Positions 42,737 to 56,400 of a DNA stretch of 64,000 nt are shown one piece after another (position 1 is the stretch's first letter; the number at the start of each line of letters is the position of its first letter). This DNA is from Amoebophrya sp. A120 (Eukaryota; Protista; Dinoflagellata): positions 166,254 through 230,253 of the forward strand of contig CAJINV010000005.1 in the NCBI GenBank assembly GCA_905178155.1, in the 5' to 3' direction. Both the position numbers and the translations under genes were made by a program. The notes under the pieces are model-generated. The model was not told the DNA's origin. It saw only the letters and a list, made by a program, of their open reading frames with translations, and ran no database searches.

Positions 42737-44530
42737 CTAAGACATCAAACGAGACAAATGAAGTTTTTCGTATGTCCGGCTCCACAGAAATTGAAGCAAG
42801 AAATCGGATTCGCATTCACTAGCACCTGTACCTCGTGATATCAGCTCAACTCTCCGCAACCCACGACCACCTGGTTCCAGTTTCGTCCTCCAAATCATCT
42901 TCCCCCGCTGAAGACGCGCTCCGAGATCATAAGACCAAGCGATCGGCTTCGGCTGCAGCTTCGGGTCATCGACTTCGTTGAGGGCTGGGAGTTTCAGCTT
43001 TAAAAACGATCCCCAATTTTTCATGTTTGCAACTGGTGTGAAGAACGGGCAAGAGTAAGCGAAGAGCACGAGCGGTTGTTTTTCTTCGTTTTCTATTTTT
43101 TGTTCTTTCCAGCCGACAAGCTTTTCCGTTCGAAATTCCACATCAAGGCTACTTTGAATACCAACCTCGTTCATCTTAGACGGCTCATGACCGCGGATGA
43201 TAACTTCCAGGCCTTCCTTTTGTAGAAACTCTATCGCAACATTAGCATCAAACGCATTTCCGCAGCGACGCTTCCCAGCCAAAGTTTTGCCCTGCCTCTC
43301 CAGAGCATCAGCCCACTCAAGCTCATTCGGACAGCTTGGGCTGTAGCCTTCCTTGCTCGAAAAAAAACGCGGATCAGCACCACTTAAAAGCGCCTTCTTT
43401 CCTTCGGGAGACGTAGAGTACACCACACAATTTTCTTTGTTTTTCTTTGCATTATCCCCCTTTGGCCCGCTGAGCAAATTGATCTGTCTCAAGGCCTCGA
43501 GTGGCTTGACACGGTTACTCACCCCGGCGTGCACAGCGAGGGCTTTTCCGTACACTGTTGCTGCCACAGGAAGTAGAGGAAAGACGGCGTGATAGAGAAA
43601 TGTCTTCAACTTTGAAACAGGCGATTCCGGGCTTTCCAACACATCCGACTCCGATTGCGGCTCGTTTATGAGCTTCTTCTCCGTTAGATCGCCTATAAAT
43701 TTTTTCATCTCGCCTGACACAACCTGACGCTTTTCTTTTGTTTTAGCGTCCACCTCCTCCCTAACACTATATGAGTGCTGCTCGATCACATCCGTCTCGT
43801 GGTTACCGCGAAGTAGAACAACGCGGTCTGGATACGCCGCTTGGAGCCACGTGAGAAAGAGCATGGTGTAAAAGCTATCGCCAGCTACCGGCGCGCGATC
43901 CATGTAGTCTCCGAGGAAAACGATAGCACCGCGTTGGGCTTGAGGGGTTGAATTATCACGTTCGGAATCAACTTCTTCCCGCCCTTCAGGTTCGGTATCA
44001 CCTTCTTCCCAAAAATTCATCCAAAAATTATACCCCCCGCTTGTCGGTAACTTTGCAAGCAACCTGAGGAGATCGTCAAACGTTCCGTGCACATCGCCGA
44101 GTACGAAAACGTCTTTGCAGAAATCTGGAGCAATCGGAGAAGTCGGGGGAAGCTTCATTTCCGCAGTTTCATCGGGTTTACAAACGTCGATGGCAGCAGG
44201 ACGGAATTTTTTTTGTTTAGATCCTTTGATTCCAAACCATACTTTCTTCGTTCTCTCTTTCCCAGCTAAATAATCTTTGTAATCATCCTGGATGATGTCC
44301 ATGTGCTGCAGCAAGAATGTTTGCAGTGCGTCGCGATCATAAGTAGTTCCTTCACGTCCTTCCAAGTACGCACGCAGCTCATCATCCCAAGGAGGAAGGA
44401 TTGCTGACCGCGTGCGCACCAGCGGCCCCGCTTGATCTGCCTCCGTTGCGCCTCTTGCCGTCTTCGTCCACACACCGACCAATCCTAAGACTCGCATCGG
44501 CCTGGAACAAGCGCTAATTCTCGCAGCCAT
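42737..44530 (-). CDS. PPP-family Ser/Thr metallophosphatase, copy 1, possible signal peptide
   Basis: GDVHG, GDYMDR, RGNHE, VHAG, LEWAD and IRGHE motifs; N-terminal MRVLGLVGVW...ARG|A. Confidence 0.9.
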   Translation of the reverse strand: MAARISACSRPMRVLGLVGVWTKTARGATEADQAGPLVRTRSAILPPWDDELRAYLEGREGTTYDRDALQTFLLQHMDIIQDDYKDYLAGKERTKKVWFGIKGSKQKKFRPAAIDVCKPDETAEMKLPPTSPIAPDFCKDVFVLGDVHGTFDDLLRLLAKLPTSGGYNFWMNFWEEGDTEPEGREEVDSERDNSTPQAQRGAIVFLGDYMDRAPVAGDSFYTMLFLTWLQAAYPDRVVLLRGNHETDVIEQHSYSVREEVDAKTKEKRQVVSGEMKKFIGDLTEKKLINEPQSESDVLESPESPVSKLKTFLYHAVFPLLPVAATVYGKALAVHAGVSNRVKPLEALRQINLLSGPKGDNAKKNKENCVVYSTSPEGKKALLSGADPRFFSSKEGYSPSCPNELEWADALERQGKTLAGKRRCGNAFDANVAIEFLQKEGLEVIIRGHEPSKMNEVGIQSSLDVEFRTEKLVGWKEQKIENEEKQPLVLFAYSCPFFTPVANMKNWGSFLKLKLPALNEVDDPKLQPKPIAWSYDLGARLQRGKMIWRTKLEPGGRGLRRVELISRGTGASECESDFLLQFLWSRTYEKLHLSRLMS

Positions 44531-45276
44531 CGTCTTGGTTTGTTGATGTCTTCACTTCTAGTAGATAAGAGGGATGGAACTCGAAAAGGTTCGCGCTTTT
44601 CGATTGACAATTGGGCGAAGACCTTTGATGTTGGTTTTCGCTAGCAGATTTGGGTAGTTTATTTGGGGTTTCTCCTGTTCTAGGGATCGATGCTCCTTGT
44701 CAATTTGATCTACTGTACTAAAGCCAACTTTTTTGCGATGGGCGAGCTTCGCTGGAAAACGACAAGGACGCAGCAACGTAGGTGACGAAATGTGAGACGC
44801 AGCACGAAACCGACCACAACAGTTTGATACGGAACTGAGCTATCGTGCTGACATGTACGACAATACGCCCGGTGATACGACAGCAAGGCGTTGCACGAAC
44901 GAAAGCACGCCGATAATCCATCAAGAAATAAACTCCTCAAGTACTCCTGTGCACGAGACCGACGCTTTCACTGAAAATAGCCTTCGACGAAAGCAACGAA
45001 AAACAAGGGCGAGACAAGCATGCAGACCCGCAGCCGACGTTTCCATAGCTCACAACCAATAGCAAGCGGCAGCTCACTGAAGGAGGAACACGAACAGGAC
45101 CAATGCTGCAGCTGAACGAAAGACACTTATTTTGTATAAGCAAGTTTCAGTTTGAGGCTTTGCTATATTTCACAAAAAATCCACAAACAGCCTGATGACA
45201 AACAACTTCCACTGCTATGTTTGTTTCTGTCAGTATCAAAGAGCATACTACAACTCAAGAACATGCTCACTGCCTT

Positions 45277-48200
45277 CTACTCCATCGACACCGCCGCGCC
45301 GGCGAGTTCGATGGCTTGCACGAGTTTCGCCTTCATTTGTTCCTTTGAGTCGTACACCGGCAGGTCGAGCTTGTGGAAGCAGATGTGCGTCTGCGGCAGG
45401 TTCTCTTTCAACAGGCTGGTGGTTAGGGAAAGGTTGATCACGGGGTGGAGGCCGCGGAACCCGACCGCAGGGACCCGTGTGGTCCCGATCCAAAAGTTGA
45501 GGAGTTGCTGTCGCGCCTTGGGCTCCAATTCGTACAGAATGGAAAAGAACCAGTTGCTGATCAGCGTTTCCTTCAGCTCGGCGGCCTTGCCGCTGTCCTG
45601 CATCAGCGTGCCCTCCAGGGACACCACCACGCAATCCCGAAGTTCCGCCCAGTCGCGGTCGCGCACGTCGCTCTGCCCGCACAGAAGACCTAGTGTTTAG
45701 TATGGAGAGGGGATAAAATGATTGATGGAAATTACCATAGGAACCGGAATCATAAATCTGTCAAAACAGCCTAAAGGTATTCCAGGGAAGCACTTTTAGC
45801 GGAAGAGCGACGAAACGCAATCAATTCCATTATCATACCACATTCACTTACCTTCCAGCAACTTGGGGCTGAGCATTCTTATGCACTTCCTTGGCAGCAC
45901 CGACCGGAACCCCCGCACGAAGCTGGACAAGGCGAAGTGGCAGGACGCCTTCAACAGGAATTGGCACAGCAGAAACACGTACTCCTGCCGGTTCTCGCCC
46001 GTGACCGGGCGGTCGTCGCCCGCGGGGCAGAGGAGAAATAGAATTTCCTCGCCCATGAACTTGTAGGACACGGAAAAATCGAGGCAAAACACCAGCTCCA
46101 CGTCGTCCGCGTCGGGGTACTCCAGCAAGTCCATCAAGCCCTTGGCCTTCACCGGGTCCAGGGTGCGCAAGTCGTCCACGCAATCGTACACACTCTTCCA
46201 CACCGGGCCGAACAGCTGCTGCTTGTTGCTACCACTTCCAGCAGGAAGCACCATCTCGTACCTCGTTGGGGCAGAAAAAAAGTTCGTCGTTGGTATTCTC
46301 CTGGACGGCGCGGAACTTCGCCGGTTCTTTTGCGCGACATTAAACGCAGTGGGTTCTTTCACGGGGCGGATGATAGCGTCCGGACGAAGTTGCTGTTGCT
46401 GCTGTGGTACTCCTTTCTTGTTTCCCGCAGAAGGATTCAAAGCATTAGCATGTGCGGCGTTGCTAGTACAACTTTCGTCCACTTCCATGTCGCAGAGCAG
46501 GCAGCTGTACACATAGCCGCCGAGCACCGCTTCCACGCGGCAGTTCATGTACAGGCAGTAGGCCAAAAACCTGCCCAAAAACTCGTACCACACCTTGGTC
46601 ATGCCCGGCTCCCGGCCGAGTCGGAGTGCCGCCCAGTCCGGCAGGAAGAAGCCGCTGCACTTGAGGTCCTCCGTGGAGTTTTCCACCGAGGGCGAGAGTC
46701 CGCTGGTGAGCAGCCCGGAATCCGGGTGGAAGATCTGGGCGCAGAGCAGGTTGGCCCAGGACTTGGTGACCGCGCCCCAGTCGATACCCCGGTCCTGGCG
46801 AAATTTGATGGTGAACCCGCGGGTCCAGAACTCACCACTGCGCGTGCCGATCCGCGCGAACGTGTCCAGCAGCAGACTCATGGTGGAGTCAAAGTCCCCG
46901 GTCTCCGGCCGCGAGAACACCAGCTCCGGGCACCCCTCGGCCGGTTTCGGCCGGTCCTTCAGCAGCGGCCAGCCGAACCGCTTGCGAATCTTGTCGATCT
47001 CGTCGATGGCCTCCTGCACGCAGACGCGCTCGAAGTGCGTGACCTCCTCCTCCCCATCGACGAATGCGAACTGGTTTATGCCCGCGCCGCCGTCTCCGAC
47101 GTCTGCTCGGAGGTCCCTTGAAGGTGACGTAGTTCCGTCTGCTATTACACCAGCTGCGACGTCGCCTGCGGCTAATAAGTCCTCCTCCGTTTTTTCGCTG
47201 ACCACCGACCCGACTCGTCGCGTTTTGCCGTTATCTAGTACTTTTGTCCGGGACACTGTCGTTTCGATCGCGGTCAGCCCCGCGTCGTTTGCGTTTTCGA
47301 GACCAGTGGTCTTGTTTTCGTCTTCAACCAAAACAAAGGTCGTAAAGTTGTCGATGACCCAGGCGATGAAGGTTTCGCGCGTCCCGCCGGCGAAATTGCG
47401 CGCGAGCATCTCGCTGTGCGTCATGCCCTCCAGGTGGTGCACGGCCTCCGGGCTGTGCCAGGCGGACAGGCCGGTTTGCAAATTCCGAACCAGCAGCCGG
47501 TCGTCCTCGTCCCGCCGCACGACCTCGCCGACGGAGGACTCCGTCAGGACCGGCGACACGGCAACGATCTTCGTGTTCACGCTGGACGTGACCGACTCGC
47601 GCTCCGTCACGGCGAGCACGCAGCGGTTGCCGACCTGGAGCTTCTCGGTGGGCCGCGGGAAGGGGAGGTTCCCGCGGGACAGGAAGGGGCAGGGGAACGC
47701 GCGCCGGCCGTTGTAGCCGTAGTTGGACCACTGGCCCTCCGGGGGCGTGGCCATACCGTGGGACTTGTCGTGGGCGTAGTACCACCCGGTCACCTGGTCC
47801 GTGTAGTTCATCTTCCAGAACCCCGCCCAGTAGATGATCGCGCCGCTCTCGTTCTTGTACATGGGGTGGTCGCGGTAGCTGCCGCTGGGCTGGTAGTCCC
47901 CGTTGCAGGGGATCCCCGCGCCGCCCGCGCCCTTGACGCGGATCTGGCCCGGCGGCGGGGTCTCGGCCAGGGCGAGCACCCGGGTGGTGTCCAGGTTCTC
48001 GCGCTTCACCAGGATCAGCGGACTGCCCACCTCCAGCTCGATGGCGTACTTGTCGTCCACGCGGCCCAGGATCTTCACCTGCTGGCCCTCGTGCGTCAGC
48101 ACTTTCTCGTCGAGGGTGACCTCCAGCGTGTGTACGTTGATCAAGCAGGCTTGGTCCCCCTCGGCGAGCTGGCCGTGGGTCAGTAGATCTTGCTTGCTCA

Positions 48201-51200
48201 GCGGCCACACCCACCGTCGGGTCAGCAGCCGCTTCAGCGCGCTGCGCTGAAACTTCTCCACGTGGAAGGTCTTCAGGATGGCGGACCGCGCCTCCTCGAG
48301 GGACAGCTGCTTTTCCTCGCCGTCCGGAGCGGCGAATTTGTTGTGCCCCGATCGCGGCTTGGTCATCCAGAACTGCGCGCACCACTTCTCGGGGTCGGAC
48401 CGAATCAAGTCGCGGTTCGTGGCCCGCGCGTCGTTCAGCTTCTTCACACTCCGATGCGACCGGGGGTTGACCGTCGCGCGGTTGCTCGCGGACGCGCCGG
48501 CATTTTGGCTTCCGGAGACGACCACGCTGGACGGCGCCCGCGCCAGCCGCTCCCCCTGCTCCGCTTTCTGCGCGATCTGCATCTTCTTCGCGAACCGCTC
48601 CTCCTCCGTGGCCGGGAAGCTGGGTGTGCGCAGCGAGGCGCGCGACCGCCGCGACGCGACGCGGCGCAAGTCGCCGTCCTCGACGGAGACGCGACCCAGA
48701 AACTCCGCAGACGAAGGATGTATCATCTGCTGCGCTGGGTTTGCCGGTTCTATCTCTGCACGGGCGAACATTATATGATCCCTATTTGCTGCACTACTAC
48801 TCGCCGCCGCCCCGCCGTTGGTTGAGCCGTCCGTCATGCTGCTCATCGGGCGCGGCACCGCCACGCCGTCCTCGAACGACTCGCGCCGGCGCTTGTTGTT
48901 CTCGTGAGTTGCAGCTGCGCCGCCCAAATAACCGCTTTGCTGCCCGGTCACCGACGCGGTGCGGTACATCTCCTGGAAATAGCCGCCGCTGTAGTCCAGC
49001 CCGCCGCCCCCGGAGCTGAGCATCGAGTAAGGCGGCGATTCCTGCAGCGCCCGCTGCCGCAGGTCCTCGCGGGTGGCGAGTTCCAGCGGATCTACGAGGA
49101 TGGAGCTCCGCCGCGGCTCCACCATCTTCACGTACAGCGTTCCTTCGTCCTCTGTGGATACCGTGAGCACCTGGCCCTCGAGCTCCTCGACCCCGCTGTC
49201 GCACACCATCGCGAGCAGCTCCACGAACGGCGGCTCGGCGTTCGGCTGTGGGTGCCGCGACACCACTCCCGCTTGCGCGCCCCGCGGGATGGTGATGCCG
49301 CGGTTGTTTTGCAGCTCCCGCAGACAAATGATCTTCGCCACCTCCACGCATTCCAGCTCGTCGACGAACGCGCGCCACATGCGCTGGTGCGCAAACGTCA
49401 CGGTCGCGAGCCTGGCGCGTAACTGCACGCACAGCCCGATGTCGTTCACGCTCACGCTGCCCCACCCCCGCATCGGCCGAACGCCCTTGCGGACACGGAC
49501 GAAACGGCCGATGGCCACGGCGTTCTCCCCCTGCGGCAGTAGCGGGTACGCGGTCGGCGAATTTGTTCTGGTTATCGGAGACGCGCTGGAGGTTCCTCCG
49601 GTGTTGGGGCTCCTTTGCTGAGGAACTTCTACTCCGGTAGAAGTAGCCGGGTATTGCGTGACTTCCTCCGCGAGCTCGTCTTCTTCTCCACCAGAAAATC
49701 GCGACTCCACCGGAACTCGCTTCACATCTAGGACATTGGCAGATGTTGAAAACGGCCCTTGCTGCTCCGCCGACTTCTCGTCCTTATTGTTCGTCCCGAA
49801 AACAACCGCCCCTTGCTTCCCGTTCGAGCCATACTCGTCCGCGGCGGAGGAGGACGCGTAGGACATGAGCACGCCGTTCCCCGAATTTTTCGAGAACCGG
49901 TCTGACGTGGACGACTCCATCGCTGTTGTGGTCCCATACTGTTGTATTCCACCATCTAACATCTCCTCATTTAAGTCGTTGACGTGTTCGCCTTGAACAT
50001 GATCATACTCCGCACCATTTCCAGCTCGTCCGTTCGCGAGTACTTCTTGTTGATCCTGGTCAGCGCCCCGCTCGTTGTTCGTTTGTTCCGGCACCATCAG
50101 ATCTTGGGACTTCTTGCCGCTGGAAGTTGCCGTGTCCTCCGCGGAATTCGATCGGAACATCTCGTCCCCACCCTGGAGGTGGGGCAACTCCCATTTCAGC
50201 GTGTTGATTTTCACGTTTGCGATCATGTCCCGGTGGTAGGCCTCGTTGTCGAACGCCACGCGCACGTAGCCCGGCGCGACGTAGAGAAAGGTCTCTTCGC
50301 TGCACAAGCCTCGGACCACCTCGTTGTTCTCGGTGACCCACCCGAGCACGATCCCAACCCCGTCGAGGTCCGACCGCACGCGCAGCCGGGGCTCGAGGAC
50401 GCCGCAGTGCGGGATGGTGTGGCCGTGCTGCGGCTTGATTTTGTTTCGCTTTGCTGGGATGAACTGGCGGAAGCTGCGCCGCGCCTCCGCTTCCTCCTGA
50501 TTGAACACCCGGCTGGACATGCGCGCCGCACGCTCCTCGTGCCCGATTTGGTAGGTCCCGGCGCTGTTGAAATTCTGCTCCAGCGCCGCCCAAAACTGCT
50601 CCTTGGTCAAAATGTCGTCCTCTTTCTCCAGAAATTCGATCGTGACGCGCAGAAACCCCTCGTTGTTGGCGAAATCCATATTGTCGCGGTTGAATAACAC
50701 CTGGTGCTGGCTGTTTGTGCGCCGCATCGTTGCACTACTCGTAGCTGCTCCGTGATTGCTGCCGCCCCCGGTGCTCGTCCGGCGCAGCAAGGTATTATTT
50801 GTAGCAGCTCCGCCGCTCGCCAGACTGTCGTTGCTCCTCCTCCCCAGCGGGAGGGCAAGTTGTTTACGCACCTGCTCGGGCTGCGAGGACCGGGAGGAGG
50901 CTGCGCTGAGTGGCGCCTGTAGCAATACCTCTTGCTCTGGTAGATCCGGGAGAAAATCGTCAAAATTGGAGGTTGGCTGTTGTTGTACTATCTCCGATTG
51001 AACAAAATCGTCATCCTGATCGCCTCTACTACTGAGCCCCCGATCGGGCAGGCGCTGCGCAGGAGACAAGGACGTCGCTGCACCTGCTGCTCCGGTGCCC
51101 ATCTCCCCCGGCAGGTCCGTCGGCGGCGCGACCGTGGCGTCGTGCGTGACCACCCGCACGACGTGGTCCGAGATCCGGCTGCTTGTGCTGTTGTGGCTGC

Positions 51201-51789
51201 CCCCGCTCCCGAGCACGCGACTGAAGGAGGTGTTGGTGGTTTTGTTGTTCCCACCTCCCCCACCTAAAGAGCCCCCTACGGTCGGGTCTTTTTGAAGCGC
51301 GAAGTCGATCGTGGTGCTGATACCCGCTCTGGTGCGCTGCAGCACGTGATACACCGCGGACCCGATCACCGGGTTGCGCGCGCTCTCCGTGTCGGTGCGC
51401 ACCACGCAGCGCAAGTCGATCGGTTCCTGCAAATACTCCAGTACGAACCGTTCGCCGAACCGGACCACCACCGACCGAGGCTTGAGTTCCTCCGAGCTCG
51501 GGTTGCTGCCCCGGGACTTGGGCATTAGATGCCCGAACAACCGCCCCATCAGCGTGGCGGACCGGGGACTAGGGTCTACCGTGTTGATGGTCACACACCG
51601 CACCTTGCTCGCCACCTGCGTCTCGACCTGGCGGTGGCCGAAGTAGAGCTCCACGTAGGGGTTGAAGGCCTGCTCATCGGCCATACTGTGCTCCGGCGCC
51701 TTCAGATCCCAGGCCGAGTCCACCGTCACAGCCAGCCGCTTGATCGGCCGATCGTACGTCAGCCGGGTGGGCGGCGCCACTTGCCTCAT
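45277..51789 (-). CDS. C2-domain HECT E3 ubiquitin ligase, 2 exons
   Basis: N-terminal C2-like region (AWDLKA...NPYVELYF...VRFGERF). HECT motifs IKFRQDRGIDWG, FLGRFLA, VTGENRQEYV, LLNFWIG and LPQTHICFHKLDLP (catalytic Cys). GT-AG intron ~45689..45850. Confidence 0.92.
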
Positions 51790-53414
51790 TTTCGGTGGTT
51801 CTTGTTTTTCTCCGGTGCTGGTTTCTTCAGTTCCTCTTCTGTACTGCGTGTGTCGTGCTTCCGCTTACTTGTTTGAAAATAACTGCCGGTGGTTGATGAT
51901 TGTTGCTTTTCCGCTTGTGCCCCTCCCGCTCTTTTTCCGCAACAAGTCTATTTCGTCGAACCTGCTCGTACTGAGGGTGACTTCCTGAGACGATGAAGTT
52001 GTAAAGACGAGATGAACCACGAAGCAGAAAGTCTGGGCTCGACCGATGAAAGGTGTGTCGGGGTAGAAATGTTGATAACTCTGGTCGTCCAGCGCAAACA
52101 CGGCGCGAGTGGAGGATTGTCGCGTATAATTGATTCAAGGACTTTGCTCTTCGCTTACGTCCAGCAAGACCACGATTGTTGTATACTTAGAATTGTAATT
52201 TGTGAAGTACTACTTCTTCCTGGCAGAAATTCGTATAAAGAAGTTCATGGTGAAAAAACAAACACCAGTATATTAACGCCACTTCTGCAGCTACTTGCTA
52301 GATGAAATATGGTTCCATTCTTGATGGCTCTATCCAGCCTGAAAAGTTACTTATGTGCGCAGGTGTTCCCTGCTCCTCAAGAAGAGATTTGTTCTGAGTT
52401 TTTTGACTACCTTAACCTTTGTGAATTTCTATAGTCGTGTCTCTTGGCCAGACTGGAATAGTCAAAGAAAAATGCGCACCATTTCTATGACCGCACTAAC
52501 GCAATGAAATTGGGAGATGTTAAGATGAAAGAACCAGCCAGGAAAAAGATCCTTGCCGATAGCAGTGCTGTCGCTTGCGGGAGATCAAGTCGACACCGTG
52601 CGAGATGAGACATCCATTCCAGAGAACGAGATCCAATCAAGCACAGACCCGGCCATGATATTACCGAAAAACAAGCACTAACGAGCGGAAAGGATTCAAG
52701 AAAGCTCGTGACAGTGCAGGTAAAAGCAGAGCTGCCCTATTGGATTAAACTGAACCTGAGGATAAAAATCTTACACTATCATCGATACGGGCGGGGGGCA
52801 GGCATGATCAAGATACCTCATACGCTACTAGCGAAGTCTGGGAAAGGAACTGTAAGAAAATTGCTACTTTGGTCTTGGTTTTCACGTCGATCTTTTGCTT
52901 CACGCGCTACGTTGTAGCTGCATGTTTCTGAAGTGTTGCTGATTCTTGACATAAGCCTCTTACTGCACGATACGAACGAAACATGGGAACTGAACGACAA
53001 CGATGACACAGCACGAACGGACGGACAGCACGAGAGTACGAGTTGTGAAACGCATGAACAGAAAAACGAAAAGCGACGATCAACAATACCTGTCGACACG
53101 GCAAACTTGTTTTACTCATCGTCTTTCTGTTGTGAACGAAGAGCGACGAGCAGCTCTGCTCGTACTAATTGTAATTCGTTTTTTCTTGAGCAGCGAAATT
53201 TTCATACCTTTCTCTGAAATCAGTTCCACGAAGGTCTGGTTGAGCTTCGCTTACTTCCTGCTCTAAAAACATACGCAATCATTTGACAGGTCGACCGGAC
53301 CGACGTTCAGCTCGTTCTGCAGATATTCAGAATAGGAGGACAAATCAAACGCGCCGTTCCTAGTGACGCGATTTCAGTCGGTGTTGGAACCACTGGGAGC
53401 AGCGTTCCACACCA

Positions 53415-56400
53415 TTAATCCAATAGCTCGGCGGCGTCGCGCTCTTCCTGCCAGGATCTTTTTTTCAACCCCGTAGCTTCTGTTCCTCGCCTTTCCCGCC
53501 CGTTTAGAAGGCCGCTGCGATGTTGTTCTTGACCCCTACCCGCACCGTTCTTGATGACATCTTGTTCTTCTTGTCCTCTTAGCCTTTTCGCTGCCGGCTC
53601 CCAACTCGAACCGCTGCTCTTCACTACAGGCAAATCGTCTTCCTCGCTTTCCGTTTCCTCGCTGCTTGAAATGAAGTCGTTCTCCGACACGATACCCCCT
53701 TCTCCTGCCTCCCCCTCCTCCGAGTCGGAAACCAAATCGATCACATTCTGCGACGTCTCCCGTAAAGGCAAGATTCTCCGGCTGCTCTCGTAGATGTCGT
53801 GCGGGGGCACTTGAAAACCGACCAAGTCCAATTTTTCCAAGAGCTCACTCTGCCCCTGTTCGCCCTGACCGTTTTTCCGTTTCCGCAGGCGTTCCACCGA
53901 TTTGTGGTAGTAGTACACGAGAGTAATCCGGTTTCCGGAGAAGGGCATGGTGCAGTGGGGTATGCGGCCGTCGAACAGGACGAACTCCTGTTTGCAGTTG
54001 TACACCCTGCCGAGGAAAAGGTTTTGGTTACTTACTTCCGATGCTAGTCCGGCAGTGTCCGTTTCGTTTCCGCCGTGGAGGTCCTGCATGTGCATCTCCC
54101 CCGCGGATGAACTACTGCTATTTCCTTCCTCCGCCTGCGCTCGCCACTTGCGAAATAAGCAAATTTGCTTCTGCTCTTTCGGATCGGTGATTCTGAGGGC
54201 GACCAGAGCTCCGTCCGGGTAGTCGTGGACTTGTGCGCTTGCTGCATTTACTGCTGTTGCGACGAAATACCGCTCCTGTTGACCCGCGACGGTGAGGAAG
54301 CCATGTTCCTGTTTCGTGCTTCCCGGCGGGCTAGGGAAACGAGCAGATGAACCGGCAGACGATGATGACGATGATGAGGAGGAGCCCGATGAACAGGAGC
54401 CAGAAAGCGACCCAACTACCGCCGCCCCACCTCTTCGAAACGCGTCATCCGCCTGCAAATCGAAGATCCAGGTCGCGCCACCGGTGTACTTCCCGACGGA
54501 AAAAACGGCGGATCTGCCGCAGTTGTTTTTGTCCCGGTGGACCGGAGTCACAACGTTCCGGTTCACGCTAACCGAACTGTACAGGAACTGGCACGACTCC
54601 AGCGCCTGCCGCTTCTCGATCAGCGTCTCATCCACTTGCGTGGTCGAAAAGTTCGGCGGATTGTTGAACACTCGGCAGTCGGACAAAAGTTGTCCTTCCT
54701 TGACCGTTTCCAAGCTGAAATTGCGGCGGAAAAACGTCGTGATGGTGGTAACCAGCCCAGTTCCATCCAGCGTTTTCGAAATCTTGCTTAAGGCCGCGCC
54801 CCTGCAGTGATCGGGAACCACGCCAATTGAAAAGGAGTAGGCCGGGTTGTGCTCCGTGCTAAACCGAGATTTCGTCAGGCGCTTTTGGTTTTTCTCGAAA
54901 AAATTTTCCAAGTGTCTTGCCAGGCGGGACGCGGGAAAGGCCCAGGTAGGGTGTTGGTTCTTATCTTCATTTCGCGGAGTCCTGCTGCTCCCGAGCGATG
55001 GCCCTGCGCCTGGTAGTCGCTCTGGGATAACGACTTGCGAACCCTGACTGCCTGTCGCCAGAAACACTGAGTCTTGCGAGGTGATTTGCGTCAGGCCAGT
55101 TGCTGCAGTTGGCGCTGCTAAAAATGGTCCCGCGCGGTCTTGAGAAGATGCCGGCAACGGTTCGACTGCAATCAATGCAGGTTGTGAGAACAGTGCTGGT
55201 CGAACATCACCTCGCTCATCCTCTGGTAGCGGGATTTCTACTGCCGAAATATTTGCCACCTGTGCCGCCTCGCCGTGTCCCACAGCGGCAGCGTCGACGC
55301 TTGAAAAAGCACGGGGAGAGCAAGAAAATGCGTTGAAGTGCTCTCTGGTGAGCTGTCCCTTGCTGCGCCGTTTGTCGTCCACCGTTGCATCCGCTTCTGT
55401 CGCACTTGAGGAGCCGCCTCCGTTGTTCTGTAGGCCACTTTCACCCCAGTTATGTAGAGTCGAAACCGGCCTCGCCGCAAGTAACAGTAGCTGCCCTTTA
55501 CTGTCACTATTCCCTCCAACTGGAGCACCATTCGTCGTTTTCACTTGTGTGAAGAAACCCCGTACTTCGAACAGGCTCTGTTGGTGCACCAGGTCCCAGA
55601 ACTTCCCGTGCGAATCTCTGGAAATCTCCAAAACACCGCCACCCAGCATACGCCCGGGAAAGGTCAACTTATGCTCCCGCTGCTCCTTCAGAAGTCTTTT
55701 TGCCGGCATCCAGTTTGCGAACTTCTCGTCTAGGTTTCGTTTCACGAGGCAGCGCTTCGCCAGAATTGTTGAAAATGGCAGAGTGGAAGTAGTTCCATCC
55801 TCAGTGCCCAATACGTAGACCAAATCGTCTACGACCTCCAAAACCCTTGCCACGTGCTCGCCCGAGTCGGGAAAGAACTGCATAACCAGCCATTTCGCGC
55901 CTTTCCCCTGGCACGCCTCCAGCACGAGAGCATGCGCTTGGCCGTCTGTTAGATTCGAACTCTGCGAGGGTTGCTGGCTTGGTATAATCATTCCGGTCGT
56001 GGCTCCCCCCGTCGCACTGCTTTGCTCCGGCTGAGTCCCACTGCTCCCCTGAAGCTGCAGCGCGGCTCGTTGCACAAGTTTTTTCTGCGAGGATGAGCCG
56101 GCTGCTTTCGCACTACCATTTCGCGTCGACCGATGTTGCAGGGCGGCAGATGCTGCTGAATCTTTCCCAGTTCCGGAAATTTCTTTCCACGCTTGGGCGA
56201 CTCGGGCAGCAACCTTAGAGACTTCCGTTTTTGTGTCTGGCGCGAACGTGGATGTAAAAATTATTTTGCCCTCCCGTTCTTTCCGTACCTGTGCGCACAT
56301 AGCACTAACTCCATTGCCTCCCGCGGGCGCCAGTTCTACTTCCTGCTGCCGCGCAATTCCTTTACCGCTTGTCCGTGACATCTCCGCTGAGTTTTGCTGC

